From Azolla caroliniana (taxonomy: Eukaryota; Plantae; Polypodiophyta): 64,000 nt of DNA. The notes beneath the pieces were generated by a model, which searched no databases, had not been told where the DNA came from, and saw only the letters and a list, made by a program, of their open reading frames with translations. Position numbers and translations under genes: made by a program. The DNA lies in contig JBHGNT010000021.1 in the NCBI GenBank assembly GCA_043228905.1, positions 10,788,001-10,852,000 of the forward strand, in the 5' to 3' direction. Positions 12,249 to 25,593 of the stretch are shown in pieces (within the stretch, counting starts at the first letter, position 1; each line of letters begins with the position of its first letter).

Positions 12249-14366
12249 ATGAGGGGGTCAGAAATTGCAGAGGCCATGGCTTCGGCCGTGGACCGGATAG
12301 TGAGCGCGCACGAGGGCACCAGCGCCCTTGACAGGGCTATTGAGGCGATCGTCGATACGATCGGCCGGTTTAGTGGAAAGGATACCACGAGTTACTTGGC
12401 GTCCTACCGGGTGGAGATGTTGATGAGGGATATTCCAGAAGAGAGGCGTCTTGCCTTATTCCCTCGAGTGGCGATGTCGGGCATCCATGCGGAGGTGCTC
12501 GAGGTCCAGGTGGAGAGCCGGACCTGGGAGGAGTTCGAAGGACGGCTCCTGGAGAAATACGGGCTGGATGACGCGCTTCGACTTTCGAAGCGGGGCTTCA
12601 TGGAGTGGGTGGAGTTCCCCAACAAAGGAAGAAATGCGTCGGTACTCCTCTGGGAGTTTGAGGAACGCTTTGCGCGCCTTTCGGCGATTGATCGGACCGT
12701 TCTGGACACAAGTCGTGTCCTACTGTTTGTCAAATCGGTTGACGCACGGGATCGGGAGCAAGTGGGCTCCTTACTGGAAACCGAAGACTGGTTGACGGCC
12801 GACTGGGCCACGGTAAAAAGAGTCTGCGGCCGTTTTGACAAACGGTGGGAGTGGGCTGATACAAGGGCGGGTCCTATCGCAGCAAGGAAGCTCGAACCGA
12901 TACCACAGGCGCGAAGGGAAGAGACCCGGGAGTGGCTCGAAACCGGTTCGGCTTCGACCGGCGTGGTCAGAGGCTCGTCGGGGGGAACAACTTTGGAGGA
13001 GTTGACACGGGCGGTAAAGGATCTCCAGATCGCCCAGGCTCGGAGGGAAGGCGGCGAACAGGCTTGTGACCAACGGCCTCCGGCAGGAAATAGGTGCATG
13101 TGGTGCGACGAGGTCGGCCACATTCGGAAAGACTGCGGGGACTTTGCGGAGGCCTTGAGAAGCCGGGTAGTGTACCTGTGGGAAGGTCAGGTGCACGCCA
13201 GCGATACCCGGAGGGCACTGAACCGAAACGACGGGTGAGGAGGAATGAAAAGGCTGATGGAAGAGGCGGCGGCCCGGCACGCGGAGACCGTCCACTACTC
13301 GGCGTCAGCCGGTATTCGGGTCGGAGGCAGCGAGGCCCGGAAGGAGAGCAAATTCGGGTTCTTGCCGACGATGCTAGAAGGCCTCACCGGTGCCCGACTA
13401 AGGAAAGACGAGGCGGACCGCGCAGAGAAGCGGGTCCAGGAGGTAACCGGTTGGAGTGACCCGGTCGAAGAAAAGACGGGTTTCGTCGAAGCAGCTTGCC
13501 AGAACTACGACGCTCTAGTTGAAGACAAACGGGTAGGTAAAACCGGAGGGGCCGGACCCTCACAGAGATACGAAATCTGATTCGGGCCGAAACGAAACGA
13601 GGCCGGTGAGACCAGTGCCCGGGATAACCACAAGAAGGGCGGATACCAGTTGGGCACAAAGATCGAAAGGACCACGGACCTACGAAAGGTCCTGGAAGAA
13701 CGAATCCTCGACAGCAAGGTGGAACTGTTGATGCGAGAGGTGCTCGGAATCGCCAAGAAGGAGTTCCACGACTCCATCGTAGACTTGGTGAAGAGGAAGA
13801 GGCTGTCGACGGAGACAGAACCGGAAAGGCCGGTGGAGGTGCGGACGACGCACATAGAGGACATGGCGCTGGAAGACGAGTGGGCGGAGAGCCACTATTC
13901 GAGGCCACACTGGGCTCGAGCGACCACGGAAACCCCGGTGAAGATCGAAGATGTTCAGGAACCAGTGGTGGCGTTGGTGGACCACGGTTCAGAAATAAAC
14001 CTGATGTCCATGGACTTCTACAAGAAGGGGAAATGGACGGTCAACACCAAGCATGGGTGGAAGATACGGGCGGCGACGTGCGCCACCGAGGAACTACACG
14101 GGGCCTGCCCAAACGTGCAAGTCAAGATCGGCGACGTCGAGATAGACCAGCACTTCTTTGTGTAGGAGACGTCCTCGCACCCGGTCATACTTGGAGAACC
14201 GTACATTACGGCAGCACGGATGGAGACCAAGGTGTTGGACAACGGGTCGGCTTACGCGAGGGTCAAGAGTCAGGACGGGCGTCATTCGGTCCAGTTCCTG
14301 ACGGTGCGACCGAACCACGAGCAAAACCGCGAGTCCCTCGATGGCGAGAACCGAGAGGATTTTTAG
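12249..14366 (+). pseudogene. gag-pro: Gag-aspartic protease polyprotein, single frame with three premature stops
   Basis: ORFs 12249, 13245 and 13650 share one frame. CCHC knuckle CMWCDEVGHIRKDC; protease motif ALVDHGSEINLM; stops at 13236, 13578 and 14163; no RT, RNase H or integrase. Confidence 0.9.
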
Positions 14367-15619
14367 AGAGGGTTGTCAAGGCGTGGGGCCGCGATAGTCC
14401 GGACACTCCGCGCCCTTAGCGCAATCGGTGCATAGCGCGCGTGAACCGGCTCTTCACGCGTGCGCGCCCTTTAATGTATATAATAGAGAATTAGGTACAA
14501 AGGAATATCCTAGGTAGTTAGATTCGGTAGGTAGGAAGTTAATGAGGGAAACGGCTCCCTTCTTGAAGCGATAAAAGAGAGGGAGACGCGGGGGAGAAGG
14601 GGAATTTTTTTTTTTTTGAGGAGGACGAAGTGCTGTCGGACCGAAACCGAACGCTTCTCCTTTGTTCGTTCTCCATCGCTCTTCTCTGCAGGTTTTCGGG
14701 AGGCTCGCGCTGCTTCGAGGAACGCCCATGTGCTTCCGGCAGCACCTCCATCCTATCCCCTTTCGTGCGCAGACGAGCAGGCATCGGCATCTGTTCGCCG
14801 GCCTGTTCGGTTGTAACCGCTCGCGTGCTCTGTTGTTTATTTGTCATTCATTAATATACAAACATTCGTGTCTCTCTGTCTCTGTGTCCATTCGTGTCTT
14901 CTGCGTTCACAGGGTCGTGTCCCTGTGTTTCTTTGCTCATACGTAACCGAGCGTCTCTCTCTTTCCCGTTCCCCTTCTATCACCTGCTCTTTGGTTCAAG
15001 ACCCCGGTGGTCCCGCCTCGTTTCTCCACGCACGCGCGTAGTAACGTGACAACGTGATGATGCATTAAACCTTTGTAATACATCTATCATTGACATTAGT
15101 TAGGTGGATATCATTGTGTATGACTTTACACTGACAAAAGTTGGATGTTTAAGGACAACAATGATATACATAATAAAAGAGATATTACCAAGTCTAGAAG
15201 ATATCTCAGATTGAAGGAAAGAAGATTTACTACACCATTTGGGGAAGACAATGATTTGATTAGTACATTTGAAAATGAGGAGGAAGAGTCACAATTGTAT
15301 ATTATCTATAGTAGTGATTCTCATGAAAAGAATGATGATATTTATGCAAATAACTGCCAAATATATTTGTTGTGCAACTATGTGTAACAAATTTAGACAA
15401 CATTTTATCGAATGAAATAAAAACATTCATTTCTTTAAGATCTAAAAACTTATTAGTTGTCATTTTTCTTTAAAAATACACAAAGTTACTTTTCATATTT
15501 GACCAAAATTTGGCATTTTTCAATTTTACCAAATGGTGAAATTTTCAACTTTTTCATCAAGTTTTAGAGAACATGTGATACCAGTATCAAGGTGTTTTGT
15601 GAAATGCCAAAAAAAACCC

Positions 15620-17765
15620 CAAAATCAAATGGAATATTCCTTATCCTTCCACTTGTGCATGATCCTGCCACTTGTGAACGCGAACGTGTTGGCTACTTTT
15701 CTAACAGCTTCCTGGATTTCCCATTCTAATTGTTTACCTTTACTTCTGGTAGTGACCTGCTGAATTTCCGGTATCACCATATTAACGGCATGTGCTTTTC
15801 CTTTGGCTTTAGACGGACATTTATTTGCATAATGTCCATCTTTCCTGCAAATGTAGCAGTTAGGAATGAATGATCCACTACCTTCACCATGTTCATATTG
15901 GGGACATCCATCCTCATTAGAATCCAGATTTTCTCTCTAAGAATAATGTTGAAATTGTCGTGACGCTTTTGGCTTATAGAATTTTTTGTTGTTGGGTCGA
16001 TTCTGCTTATTCTGATAACGACCTCCTTTTTGTTGTTGATGTCTGTTATCCTACGGTGCTGAAAAATCTTGATCTCGATTCTGTCGATAATCATATTGTC
16101 GAGCGTCCTCTTGTGTTGGAACTTGATTATCATTTCTCCTATATTCATTCCATTCATTATTCGGTCGCCTTTCCGAATAATTCCGATTATCATACCGGTC
16201 ATCCTCCTTATACGAATTATGGAACCTATTACGGTTATCTTGGTAACCATTTTCCGGAAAAATTTGCCATACCGGCATTGTTGCTTTGTTAAGCAAATTA
16301 TATTCACGTTGTTCTACTGAATGGGCCTTCAAGTGACAGATTGTGCAATGTGTACGTAAACTACACTCAATTGTCGAATGCCCAGTATTCAAACAAGTGG
16401 TACATTGTACTGCTTGGCGAAATTATAACTCTTCTAAAGTCGGCAGAGTATTTGGTGTAATGTCGACATATCCATACTTTTTATATTTTTTGGATTTCGA
16501 CCCATAGCAATGGCCTTATCAATCACTTGCTCAATTGACTGATTTCAGAAATCGAACACCGCTAGTGTTGTTCGTAGTGGTTCACGAATTGCCTCTAGAA
16601 AGATATCCTTTAGTTCGTGATCCGGAATTGGCCTGGAAATTTGTAGTTGTAGATTCTAAAATCGAACATGACAAATTGTGACACCATTTCATTGGGTTCT
16701 TGATACAATGCATTAAATTGAGCTATCAGATCCTTTTGAGGAATCTGTCGATGAAACAATTGAAGAATTTTTTTGGTTAATTGTTTGAATGTTTCGAACG
16801 CTCGGAAACCATTCTGAGCAAACCAATTTGCCGACTGGCCATCTAATGACAAAACAAACTCAGCTATTTTAGACTTATCCTCGGTTGCGGCCGATAGTCG
16901 CTGAGCTCCATGGTTTATTTCCCATGTTGTCAAGAAATCCCTAATATGCGCTTCTGCATTAGTGCCTTCTCGAAATTTCGAGTAAGGGTAAGGCATATTG
17001 TCTTCACTCTAGATATCATAAAAGGATACCTCTTCCGACTGATCTCCGTCTTGCTGACTGTCAGTTAAATCGGGAACTGAAGACCACCTCCGACTTGTTT
17101 CTTACTGTACCACCACAGCAGAATCCTCTTCGACACGCTTTGTAACCGAACGTGTACGCGGACATTTATGATTGACTGGTGTATCCGGACCAGACGACGA
17201 CATACATTCGACTTGTTCTCTGCTAATTGCAGATGTAACCGGACGTGCCAAAATTATACTATGTTGTTACGGCCGACAACCGACTCTGTTGCTGACACAC
17301 AGCAGAGTTCGAATGTTTCGTACCGAACGTTATATCAACGAATTGTGGTTGTGCGAATAGATACTACATGACTATAATCTTATCGATGTTACATAGGCAT
17401 CGAGATCGTTACTTACATAATACAATTATACCAGGATGGAAATAGATTAACAAAAAATAAATAGTTGCACACCGAGATTTCCTACAATTAAAATTATATT
17501 ACTAAAGATAAACGATAGATTTTACAATGCCTTGGGTTCCCTTTTTTATAGGCAACCTGAAGGACTTCCTCATCAAGAAAATACATATTGCCCTATTGGC
17601 AATAACTACAAAACTTGTAACTAACTATAATTTTCGGTATTAACTATTATTTGGCAAAATGATGACTCATTGATCCTCTTCCTCGATCCAACTTCGACTT
17701 CGACTCTGAGCCTCCGACTCCGACACTTCCCCACTATGTCCGTCCGCCCCTTTGTCTAGGTAACA
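15620..17765 (-). mobile_element. Truncated LTR retroelement: LTR plus degenerate gag with three zinc knuckles
   Basis: LTR 17387-17765 bounded by TGTTAC...GTAACA. Gag reads MPYPYSKF...LSLDGQSANWF, with knuckles CTTCLNTGHSTIEC, CTICHLKAHSVEQ and CYICRKDGHYANKC. Homologous to 62.9-64 kb. Confidence 0.75.
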
Positions 17766-17770
17766 CATTA

Positions 17771-18110
17771 GTTACGCGAGGAAGGACGGAAGGAAGACAT
17801 GTTGGTGTTCGCAGTTTTAGCAACTCCCACATTGAGCTCACAAGAATCGAGGGTCCAACTACTGAAGAAATATATAGAATTCTCCGATGTGTTTGATAAG
17901 GTGAAGGCTAATAGACTACCAGAGCATCGACCATATGATTGCCCAATTGATTTGCAGCCTGGAAAAAAGAGCCTCCATGGGGGCCAATTTATAACCTTTC
18001 ACCCATGGAGTTAGAGGTTCTTCGGGAATATATCGATGAGAACTTCGCGAATGGGTTTATCCAGCATTCAAGATCTCCTACCGGCGCACCCATACTTTTC
18101 GTTAAGAAGA
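17771..18110 (+). repeat. Inverted duplicate of the protease-RT linker of the adjacent chromovirus
   Basis: Translates MLVFAVLATPT..KKYIEFSDVFDKVKANRLP, matching ~21110-21445 on the - strand. Confidence 0.9.
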
Positions 18111-21100
18111 ATGAATGAATAGACACCTATTTATAGGTCCTTATGGAGTATTCTAGAATATTTTAGATATTTCTGATATTTAATATAATCATGGAATATC
18201 CTAGAATGTTCTAGAATACTCTAAATATCTTGTAATAACTAATAATACATTTATTATAATTATACATCATATATGTTATTGTAGTGGTTAAAGGTCTTAT
18301 ATATAGACCAAGAAGTCTTGGGCTCAAATCCTTGTAAGGCCAAAACGTATGTCTTCATGACATTATCCCCCTTTTCCCCCGACAAGTTCCACGAGTCGGA
18401 AGACAATATTTCAGACTTGGCTTATGGGGATATTTGTTGTGAAACGCAGTAACCATTTCGGAGGCATTAGCAAGATTCTCAAGAGGTTCCCATGTTCGAT
18501 CATTAGGTGTATAACCTAACCAGTCAACCAAATAATACAATTTGTTGCGAACGATCTTCGAGTCGAGAATGGCAGCAACTTCATATTCGGAGACATCCAA
18601 AACTTCGATTAGAGGTGGGGGAGATGTAAGACAGCCTGGAATAGAGTTGGTTGTGTACCGCTCCAAAAGTGAAACATGGAAGACCGGGTAAAAATGCATA
18701 TGAGGGGGAAGATCAAGGCGAAATGCTACATCATTGATCTTACCAGATATCACATATGGGCCAAAATGTTGATAATCCAATTTGCAACAAGGTCGGGTTG
18801 TTTTAATGTGACCTTGTAAAAACCTTCTTGAAACGTAGTCGATGAATCACGTTGATGATGGTCGGCAACCTTCTTTTGAGTCTTTTGAGCATCACATAAA
18901 CGGTGCAAAAGGATATCTTCAACTTCTTGGAGTCAGGTGAGCTGATCTTCAACAGTCGGGTTTGTCGGGAGTTTGGGATGTTCAAGCATAGTCCAACGAG
19001 GATGGTACCCAATGTTTGCAAAAAATGGGGAATATCTAGTAGAAGAATGTTCTGAGTTGTTTTAAGCAAATTCTACCAAATGTAATAGATCAACCCAATC
19101 ATCTTGTTGATAGTTGACAAAACAACGAAGATATTGTTCTATTGTTTGGTTGGTGCGCTCACTCTGTCCGTTAGTTTCTGGATGGTAGCTGGAAGAGAGT
19201 TTGCAAGAAGTATGTAAGAGTTTGAACATGTGCTGCCAAAATTTTGAGATGAACTAGGGACCCCCGATCACTGATAATATCATCAAGAAGACCATGATGC
19301 CGAAACACCTCTCGCATAAGTAACTCAGTTGTCTCTTGGCTCGTAATGGCCTTTGTGTAGGGAAGAAAATGTGTCATCTTGGTAAAATGATCAATTACCG
19401 TGAGAATAGAATCAAAACCCTTGGAAGGTGGTAGATCCGTAATGAAGTCCAATGAAATAGATTTCCATGGACTCTCATGAATAGGCATTGGTTGTAATAA
19501 GTCATATGGATGATGTCGAGGTTTTTTGGATCGGCAACATGTATCACAACTACGAACATAATCCAGAACAAAATGGTGAAGTTGTGGCCTCCAATACCTT
19601 TAAGAAATTAACACCAAAGTCTTGTGGATGCCGAAATGTCGAGTCATTGGTGTGTCATGACATTGTTGCAAGACTTAGAGTCTAGAAGGACCATCAGGCA
19701 CATATAAGAGATTTTGTCGAAAAAGTAAACCATCATGCCAATTGAACTGGTTGTAGTCTTGACGAGGATTTTGAGATTGTGAACAAAAAGCACGATCTGG
19801 GATAATATGGTTCAGAATATCTTGGGCAAATTCATCAGTCTCAATATGCCCCCGAATGGAGTCCAGAAGACTTGAATCCCCGGGTGTGTCTATAGCATGA
19901 AATGCCATTAGTCGTAAACGGTTAGGACCCAAGAGGATTTGCTTTTGACTTTCAAATGCGGCCTCTCCTGGTTGAAGTTCCATATACGAACGCCGAGATA
20001 AAGCATCTTATTTTCCTTGTTTCATCCCAAGGCGATATAGAATTGCGAAATCAAAACGAGTTAAGAACTGCGCCCAACGAGCTTGTCGATGACTCAAGAC
20101 TCGAGCACTTTGGAAGTACTTTAGATTTTTGTGATCATTATAGACAATGATTTGTTGAGACAAACCCTCCAAAAAATGACGCCATTGTTGAAAAGAATCC
20201 ACAATGGCAAGAAGCTCTTTGTTGTGAATCTCATAGTTGATTTCTGCAACTTCGAATTTACGTGAATGAAAAAGCCATAGGGTGTAGTTGGCCATCATTG
20301 CTAATCTAGGATAATACGCTTCCTAGTGCGAAGTCGGATGCATCAGCTTTGAGTATAAAGCGCTTCAATGGATCAACATGCATCAAAATTGGTGTGGGTG
20401 TAAATGCTTGCTTTAATCCTTCAAATGCAGATTTTGTATTTATACTCCACACAAATGGTCGATTCTTTTGTGTCAGTTGAGTGAGGGGCAATACGATCTT
20501 TGAATAATCTTTGATGAACTTGCGATAAAAGTTTGCAAACCCTAAAAAACATTGTACATCACGCACAGACTGTGGTGTTTGCCACTCCAAAATTGTTTGA
20601 ACCTTTGCTGGATCCATAGAGATGCCATGTGAAGAGACTATGTACCCCAAAAATTCCACTTGATGCTGGTCAAAACTACACTTCTCCAATTTTGCATAGA
20701 GACCATATTCACACAACTGTTGCAAAGCTTGTTGAACATGTATATCATGATCCTCTTGAGTTTATGAGTAGATCAAGATATCATCCAGGTAAATTATGAC
20801 AAAAATATCGAGGAAATCTCAAAAAATGTCATTCGCCATATGTTGGAAAACTGTTGGTGCATTCGTGAGACCAAATGGCATCACTTTATACTCAAAATGG
20901 CCATAGCGAGTACAGAAAGCAGTCTTCCATTCATCCCCAAGAAGAATTTGAACAGGATTGTAAGCACCTTGAAGATCTAACTTTGTGAAATACTTAGCTC
21001 CACTAAGGCGTTCTAGAAGGATCAAAATCAATGGTAGAGCATATCGGTTTCGAATAGTTACTTTATTCAATCCTCGATAATCCACGACCAGACGAAACGA

Positions 21101-23652
21101 ACCATCTTTCTTCTTAACGAAAAACTTGGGTGCACCAGCACGAGATCTTGTTTGCTGGATAAACCCATTCACCAAGTTCTCATCGATATATTCCCGAAGA
21201 ACCTCTAACTCTGTGGGCGAAAGGTTATAAATTGGTCCCCATGGAGGCTCTTTTCCGGGCTGCAAATCAATCAGGCAATCATATTGTCCATGCTTTGGTA
21301 GTCTATTGGCCTTCACCTTATCAAACACATCGGAGAATTCTATATATTTCTTCGGTAGTTGAACCCCCAATTCTTGTGAGCTCGATGTGGGAGTTGCTAA
21401 AACTGCGAGCACCAACATGTCTTCCTTCCGTCCTTCCTCACATAACTGATGTATAGAGATTGTCGAAATCTTTTGGAATGTCATATCCTTTGTTGGAGTT
21501 TGAAGAGACTTAGATTTTATTGAAACCTCTTCAATGGTTCTTTTTCTCCAATCAATAGTTGGGTTATGTAGGTCAAACCATGGAATACCAAGAACTAGGG
21601 AGTGCTCTAGACTACTAATGATGTTAAATGAGACGACACTAGCCAAATTACCTAGGACTACACGAATTGGTTCAGACTCTTCAACTATATCACATGATGT
21701 TATGGGGCATCCATCAATGACTCTGACGGACACTGGGCTTGGGAGCTTATGCAACTGAATATTATGTATTACAGCAAACTCACGATCCATGAAACAAGAG
21801 TTGGCTCCAGAATCTAAGAGGGCAGAAGCTGGAACTCGATGGCACCTAGATGTGTTAAGATCAACTTGTGCAGAGAAAACTCGACTAACTTGACCGGATG
21901 AAATGGAACCACAACTAGGGACGGACGTTACATGCCTAGGGCCGTCCAACCAAATGGCTCCGATTTTGGCCGAACTTACTCATTTAACACATCATCTAAT
22001 TGGCTCAAGATATCAAATCTATTTTTATGACAGGGACTCCTAGGCCTACTTGGGTTACAAGAAGGCGGGGCAGAAATTGAGATGGGATTGTCATGAGCAC
22101 TTACTTGGTTAACTTGTCTTCGTGGTTTATGTGGACAATTCACATCAATATGCCCTAGACCACCACAATAGAGGCACTGACGATTCGCTCGCCGTCGTTG
22201 CTTTTCAACATCCGATAAAGGTCCTCGACGTCGTGTTGTCTCGATTTCCATTGGAGTAGGGCCTTCCACCACACTTGACTTTGATACTTGGGGTGGAGTT
22301 GCGACCACCGAAGCATATGTTTCTATTGGTTGGAAGCGTAACATTTGTTGGCGCTTAGAACGCCGCTCAAATAAGTGATTGTCACATCGCACGGCCCGAC
22401 TTATTGCTTCAGTAAGAGATTTTGGATCATCATGGAAGGTAAGAAGTAAATCCTTCACATCATTGTGTAGACCTTGACAAAATTGGTTCATTAATGCCGC
22501 CTCGTCCCATGGAATATCACATGCTAAAAGGCCAAGTCTGCACCATAAGCGGAAGCAAGACGATATCCTTGTCGTAATCGCCGAATTTTGTTTATTGCGG
22601 TCCTCATACTATCAGAGTCTCCAAAGTTGTCTTGGAACTCATTAATAATCCCTTCAAAATCTTCTAATAATGGTGAGTGCTTCTCTAGGAGTGGTGCAAA
22701 CCACGTTAATGCGGTACCCGTTAACAAGGTACCAACCAACTAGACCCACACGAGCAACATCAGCTGATGTTGGGTAACGGCTAGGATGCAATTTAATCAC
22801 AAGCCGTACTTGATTTAAAAATCCATGAAATTGAAACCTTGTACCATCAAACTTGGTCGGCAGACTAATCTTGGGTTCCTTCGGCGAGGTTTGAACTTCC
22901 GCCGCTTGTCGTTGCAATAGAGTAGTCTCCAATTGATGCACCCGTTGAGATAATTCTTCATATTGTTGTACTTTCTCAGCACTTACTTGTTGTAGGTCTC
23001 CCAACAATCTTTGATTTTCATCCTCCAGTGCCACAAATTTGGTTGTTAGCATGTCCAGCTCGGAGAGAACACGCATATATTCTTGCTTGCTGGCGGACTC
23101 CATAGTTGCGAGAGAAAATTGCTAGATTTGCTTGAATAAGGTTAAGATAAGAAGAAGAAGTTGGGGAAGAAGAAAAGAGAGAGATTCGGTTCAAACTATC
23201 GTGACTTGAGAATAGGAGAGAGAAAGATAAGATGACAATAGAAGGTATATATATATAGAGAGAGAGAGAGACAACACTAGAAATGGAAAGAGAGTTTATA
23301 TTATAAGAGAGCAAGGATTACAAAGAGTAGGCTAAGGGGCTACAAACTGGTGTTGAACCGAATGAGTTGTGATGAATGAATAGACACCTATTTATAGGTC
23401 TTTATGGAGTATTCTAGAATGTTCTAGAATATTTTAGATATTTATGATATTTAATATAATCATGGAATATCGTAGAATGTTCTAGAATACTCTAGAATGT
23501 TCTGGATTACTCTAAATATCTTGTAATAACTAATAATATATTTATTATAACTATACATCATCTATGTTATTATAATGGTTAAAGGTCTAACATATAGACC
23601 AAGACGTCTGGGGCTCGAATCCTTGTAAGGCCAAAATGTATGTCTTCATGAC
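18111..23652 (-). mobile_element. Degenerate Ty3/gypsy chromovirus (Tcn1/Tf-like): gag-pro-RT-RH-INT-chromodomain
   Basis: LTR copies start TGTCATGAAGAC at 23652 and 18362, with a PPT at 18363-18380. Gag has knuckle CLYCGGLGHIDVNC; protease LLDSGA; [12 protein letters not shown]; RH DASDFALG; INT SLDFITDLP; chromodomain EYEVAAILDS..YLVDWLGY..TWEP. Many stops and frameshifts; 3' LTR truncated at 18111. Confidence 0.93.
23565..23633 (+). other. tRNA-like cassette in the chromovirus LTR (second copy 18274-18343)
   Basis: A-box-like TAATGGTTAA, a 5-bp stem with 7-nt loop GGTCT-AACATAT-AGACC, B-box-like GGCTCGAATCC, and a GGCCA end; the acceptor stem is not conserved. Confidence 0.5.
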
Positions 23653-23664
23653 ATTATCCCCCCT

Positions 23665-24168
23665 TAGAGATACTACAAATAGAGACGCCAAATCCCTTGG
23701 TTTAAACGACTTCCTAACTAGATTCTTTCTTTCGAAATTGGTGTCAACTGACTCAAATAACTTGATAGAGATTAATATTTCACTACTCAATTCATTTGGA
23801 CACCACCTAAATCTACTACGGCCACAATCTAAACCCATGACACATTTATGACTGTGGAAGATGGCATCGGTTTCTCTCAGACACAATACTGAATCTAAAA
23901 GACAACTCATGGAAGAGATAACATGCTCAGATGATTTACAATGCTCATGTGGGCTCGATCGACAAATTGGGCACTCACAAGTGCAAACTGCATTTGTTAG
24001 GGAGGCGCTATGGTGACGTAGTAGATTAACAGAGTCCTTGAGAAAACCCATTTGTACATGGTAAATGCAACAACATGTGTATCTATCCTACAAGCGTCTC
24101 ACAAAGTGTGGCTTAAGAGACTCAAATGATTGTAGTTGAACTTTGATATTTGGATGTATTTGCCTGAC
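23665..24168 (-). pseudogene. Exon of a second, divergent Sola2-like transposase (Cys-rich region), cut by the chromovirus
   Basis: HPNIKVQ..LKPHFVRRL..TCCCIYHVQM..CTCECPIC aligns with HPSLTVG..LKPFYVRKL..KCCCVYHVKM..CTCEIC at 6281-6670. There is an acceptor AG at a similar position. Confidence 0.75.
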
Positions 24169-24204
24169 CTAATAAATAAATCGACCTGCGTAATAAAATG
24201 GATA

Positions 24205-25592
24205 TACTGATTAGCTCTATGGCTAAGTGGTAGCTAATTAGCTACTACCATAGTTTAATACAGTAGCTAATTAGCTAAGTGGTAGCTAATTAGCTACTAC
24301 CATAGTTTAGTACAATAGTTAATTAGGTAAGTGGTAGCTAATTAGCTACTACCATAGTTTAGTACAATAGTTAATTAGGTAAGTGGTAGCTAATTAGCTA
24401 CTACCATAGTTTAGTATAGTAGGTAATTAGCTACTACCATACTTTAGTGTAGTAGGTAATTAGTTAAGTGGTAGCTAATTAGCTACTACCATAGTTTAAT
24501 ATAGCAGCTAATTAGATTAGCTACTAACATAATTTAGTACAGTAGCTAATTAGCTAAATGGAAGATAATTAACTATTACCATAGTTTAGTACAATAGTTC
24601 TATTGTCTAAGTGGTAGCTAATTAGCTACTACCATAGTTTAGTACAATAGCTAATTAGCTAAGTGTTAGCTAATTAGCTACTACCATACTTTAGTTGAGT
24701 AGCTAATTAGTTACTACCATAGTTTAATACAATAGCTAATTAGCTACTACCATAGTTTAGTACAATAGCTAATTAGCTACTACCATAGTTTAGTATAGTA
24801 GTTAATTAGTTAAGTGGTAGCTAATTAGCTACTGCCATAGTTTAGTATAGTATTTAATCAGTTAAGTGGTAGCTAATTAGCTACTACCATAGTTTAGTAT
24901 CGTCGTTAATTAGTTAAGTGGTAACTAATTAGCTACTACCATACTTTAGTTATAGTGGCTAATTAGCTAGTACCATACTTTAACCGAATCACTAATTAGC
25001 TACTACCATACTTTAGATGAGTAGCTAATTAGCTAAGTGGTAGTTGAGTAGCTAATTAGCTACTACCATAGTTTAGTACAATAGCTAATTAGTTAAGTGG
25101 TAGCTAATTAGCTACTACCATACTTTAGTTATAATGGTTAATTAGCTACAACCATACTTTAGATGAATCGCTAATTAGCTAACTGGTAGCTAATTAGCTA
25201 CTACCATACTTCAGCTGAGTAGCTAATTAGCTAAGTGGTAGCTAATTAGCTACCATTTAGCTAATTAGCTATTGTATTAAACTATGCTAGTAGCTAATTA
25301 GCTTAGGTACAGTAGCTATTCCAATAGGGGATTAGCAATTCTTGTAGTTAATTAGCTATAGTCATAAGCAGCTACTTAGCTACTCTGGTAGCTAATTAGC
25401 TATTGTTATAGGTACCTAAATAGCTATGAATGGTAGGTAATTATCTATTTTGGTAGCTAAATAGCTATGCTCGATATTCTTAGGGAGCTAATTAGCTATT
25501 GTGGTAGCTAAATAGCTATGAATGGTAGCTAATTAGCTATTCTGGTAGCTAAATAGCTATGCTCGATATTCTTAGGGATCTAATTAGCTATT
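24205..25592. repeat. Satellite built on the palindrome AGCTAATTAGCT
   Basis: Dozens of GTAGCTAATTAGCTAC units separated by TACCATAGTTTAGTAC-like spacers. Confidence 0.95.
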
Positions 25593-25593
25593 A

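Larger units (their letters stand above)
11630..15051 (+). mobile_element. Non-autonomous Ty3/gypsy-like LTR element (gag-protease only), tRNA-Trp PBS, 4-bp TSD ACGT
   Basis: LTRs 11630-12204 and 14374-15051 (TG...CA); ACGT at 11626-11629 and 15052-15055; PBS at 12209-12226; purine tract before 14374. Confidence 0.92.

Noticed and set aside
12249-14366. In-frame stops repaired by U-to-C editing or read-through
   Set aside because: The stops fit C-to-T decay of methylated nuclear TE DNA (CGA/CAG to TGA/TAG); plant U-to-C editing is organellar.
23565-23633. Functional tRNA-Met gene (CAT in the loop)
   Set aside because: There is no acceptor stem, and the sister LTR copy has a different loop; reported only as tRNA-like.
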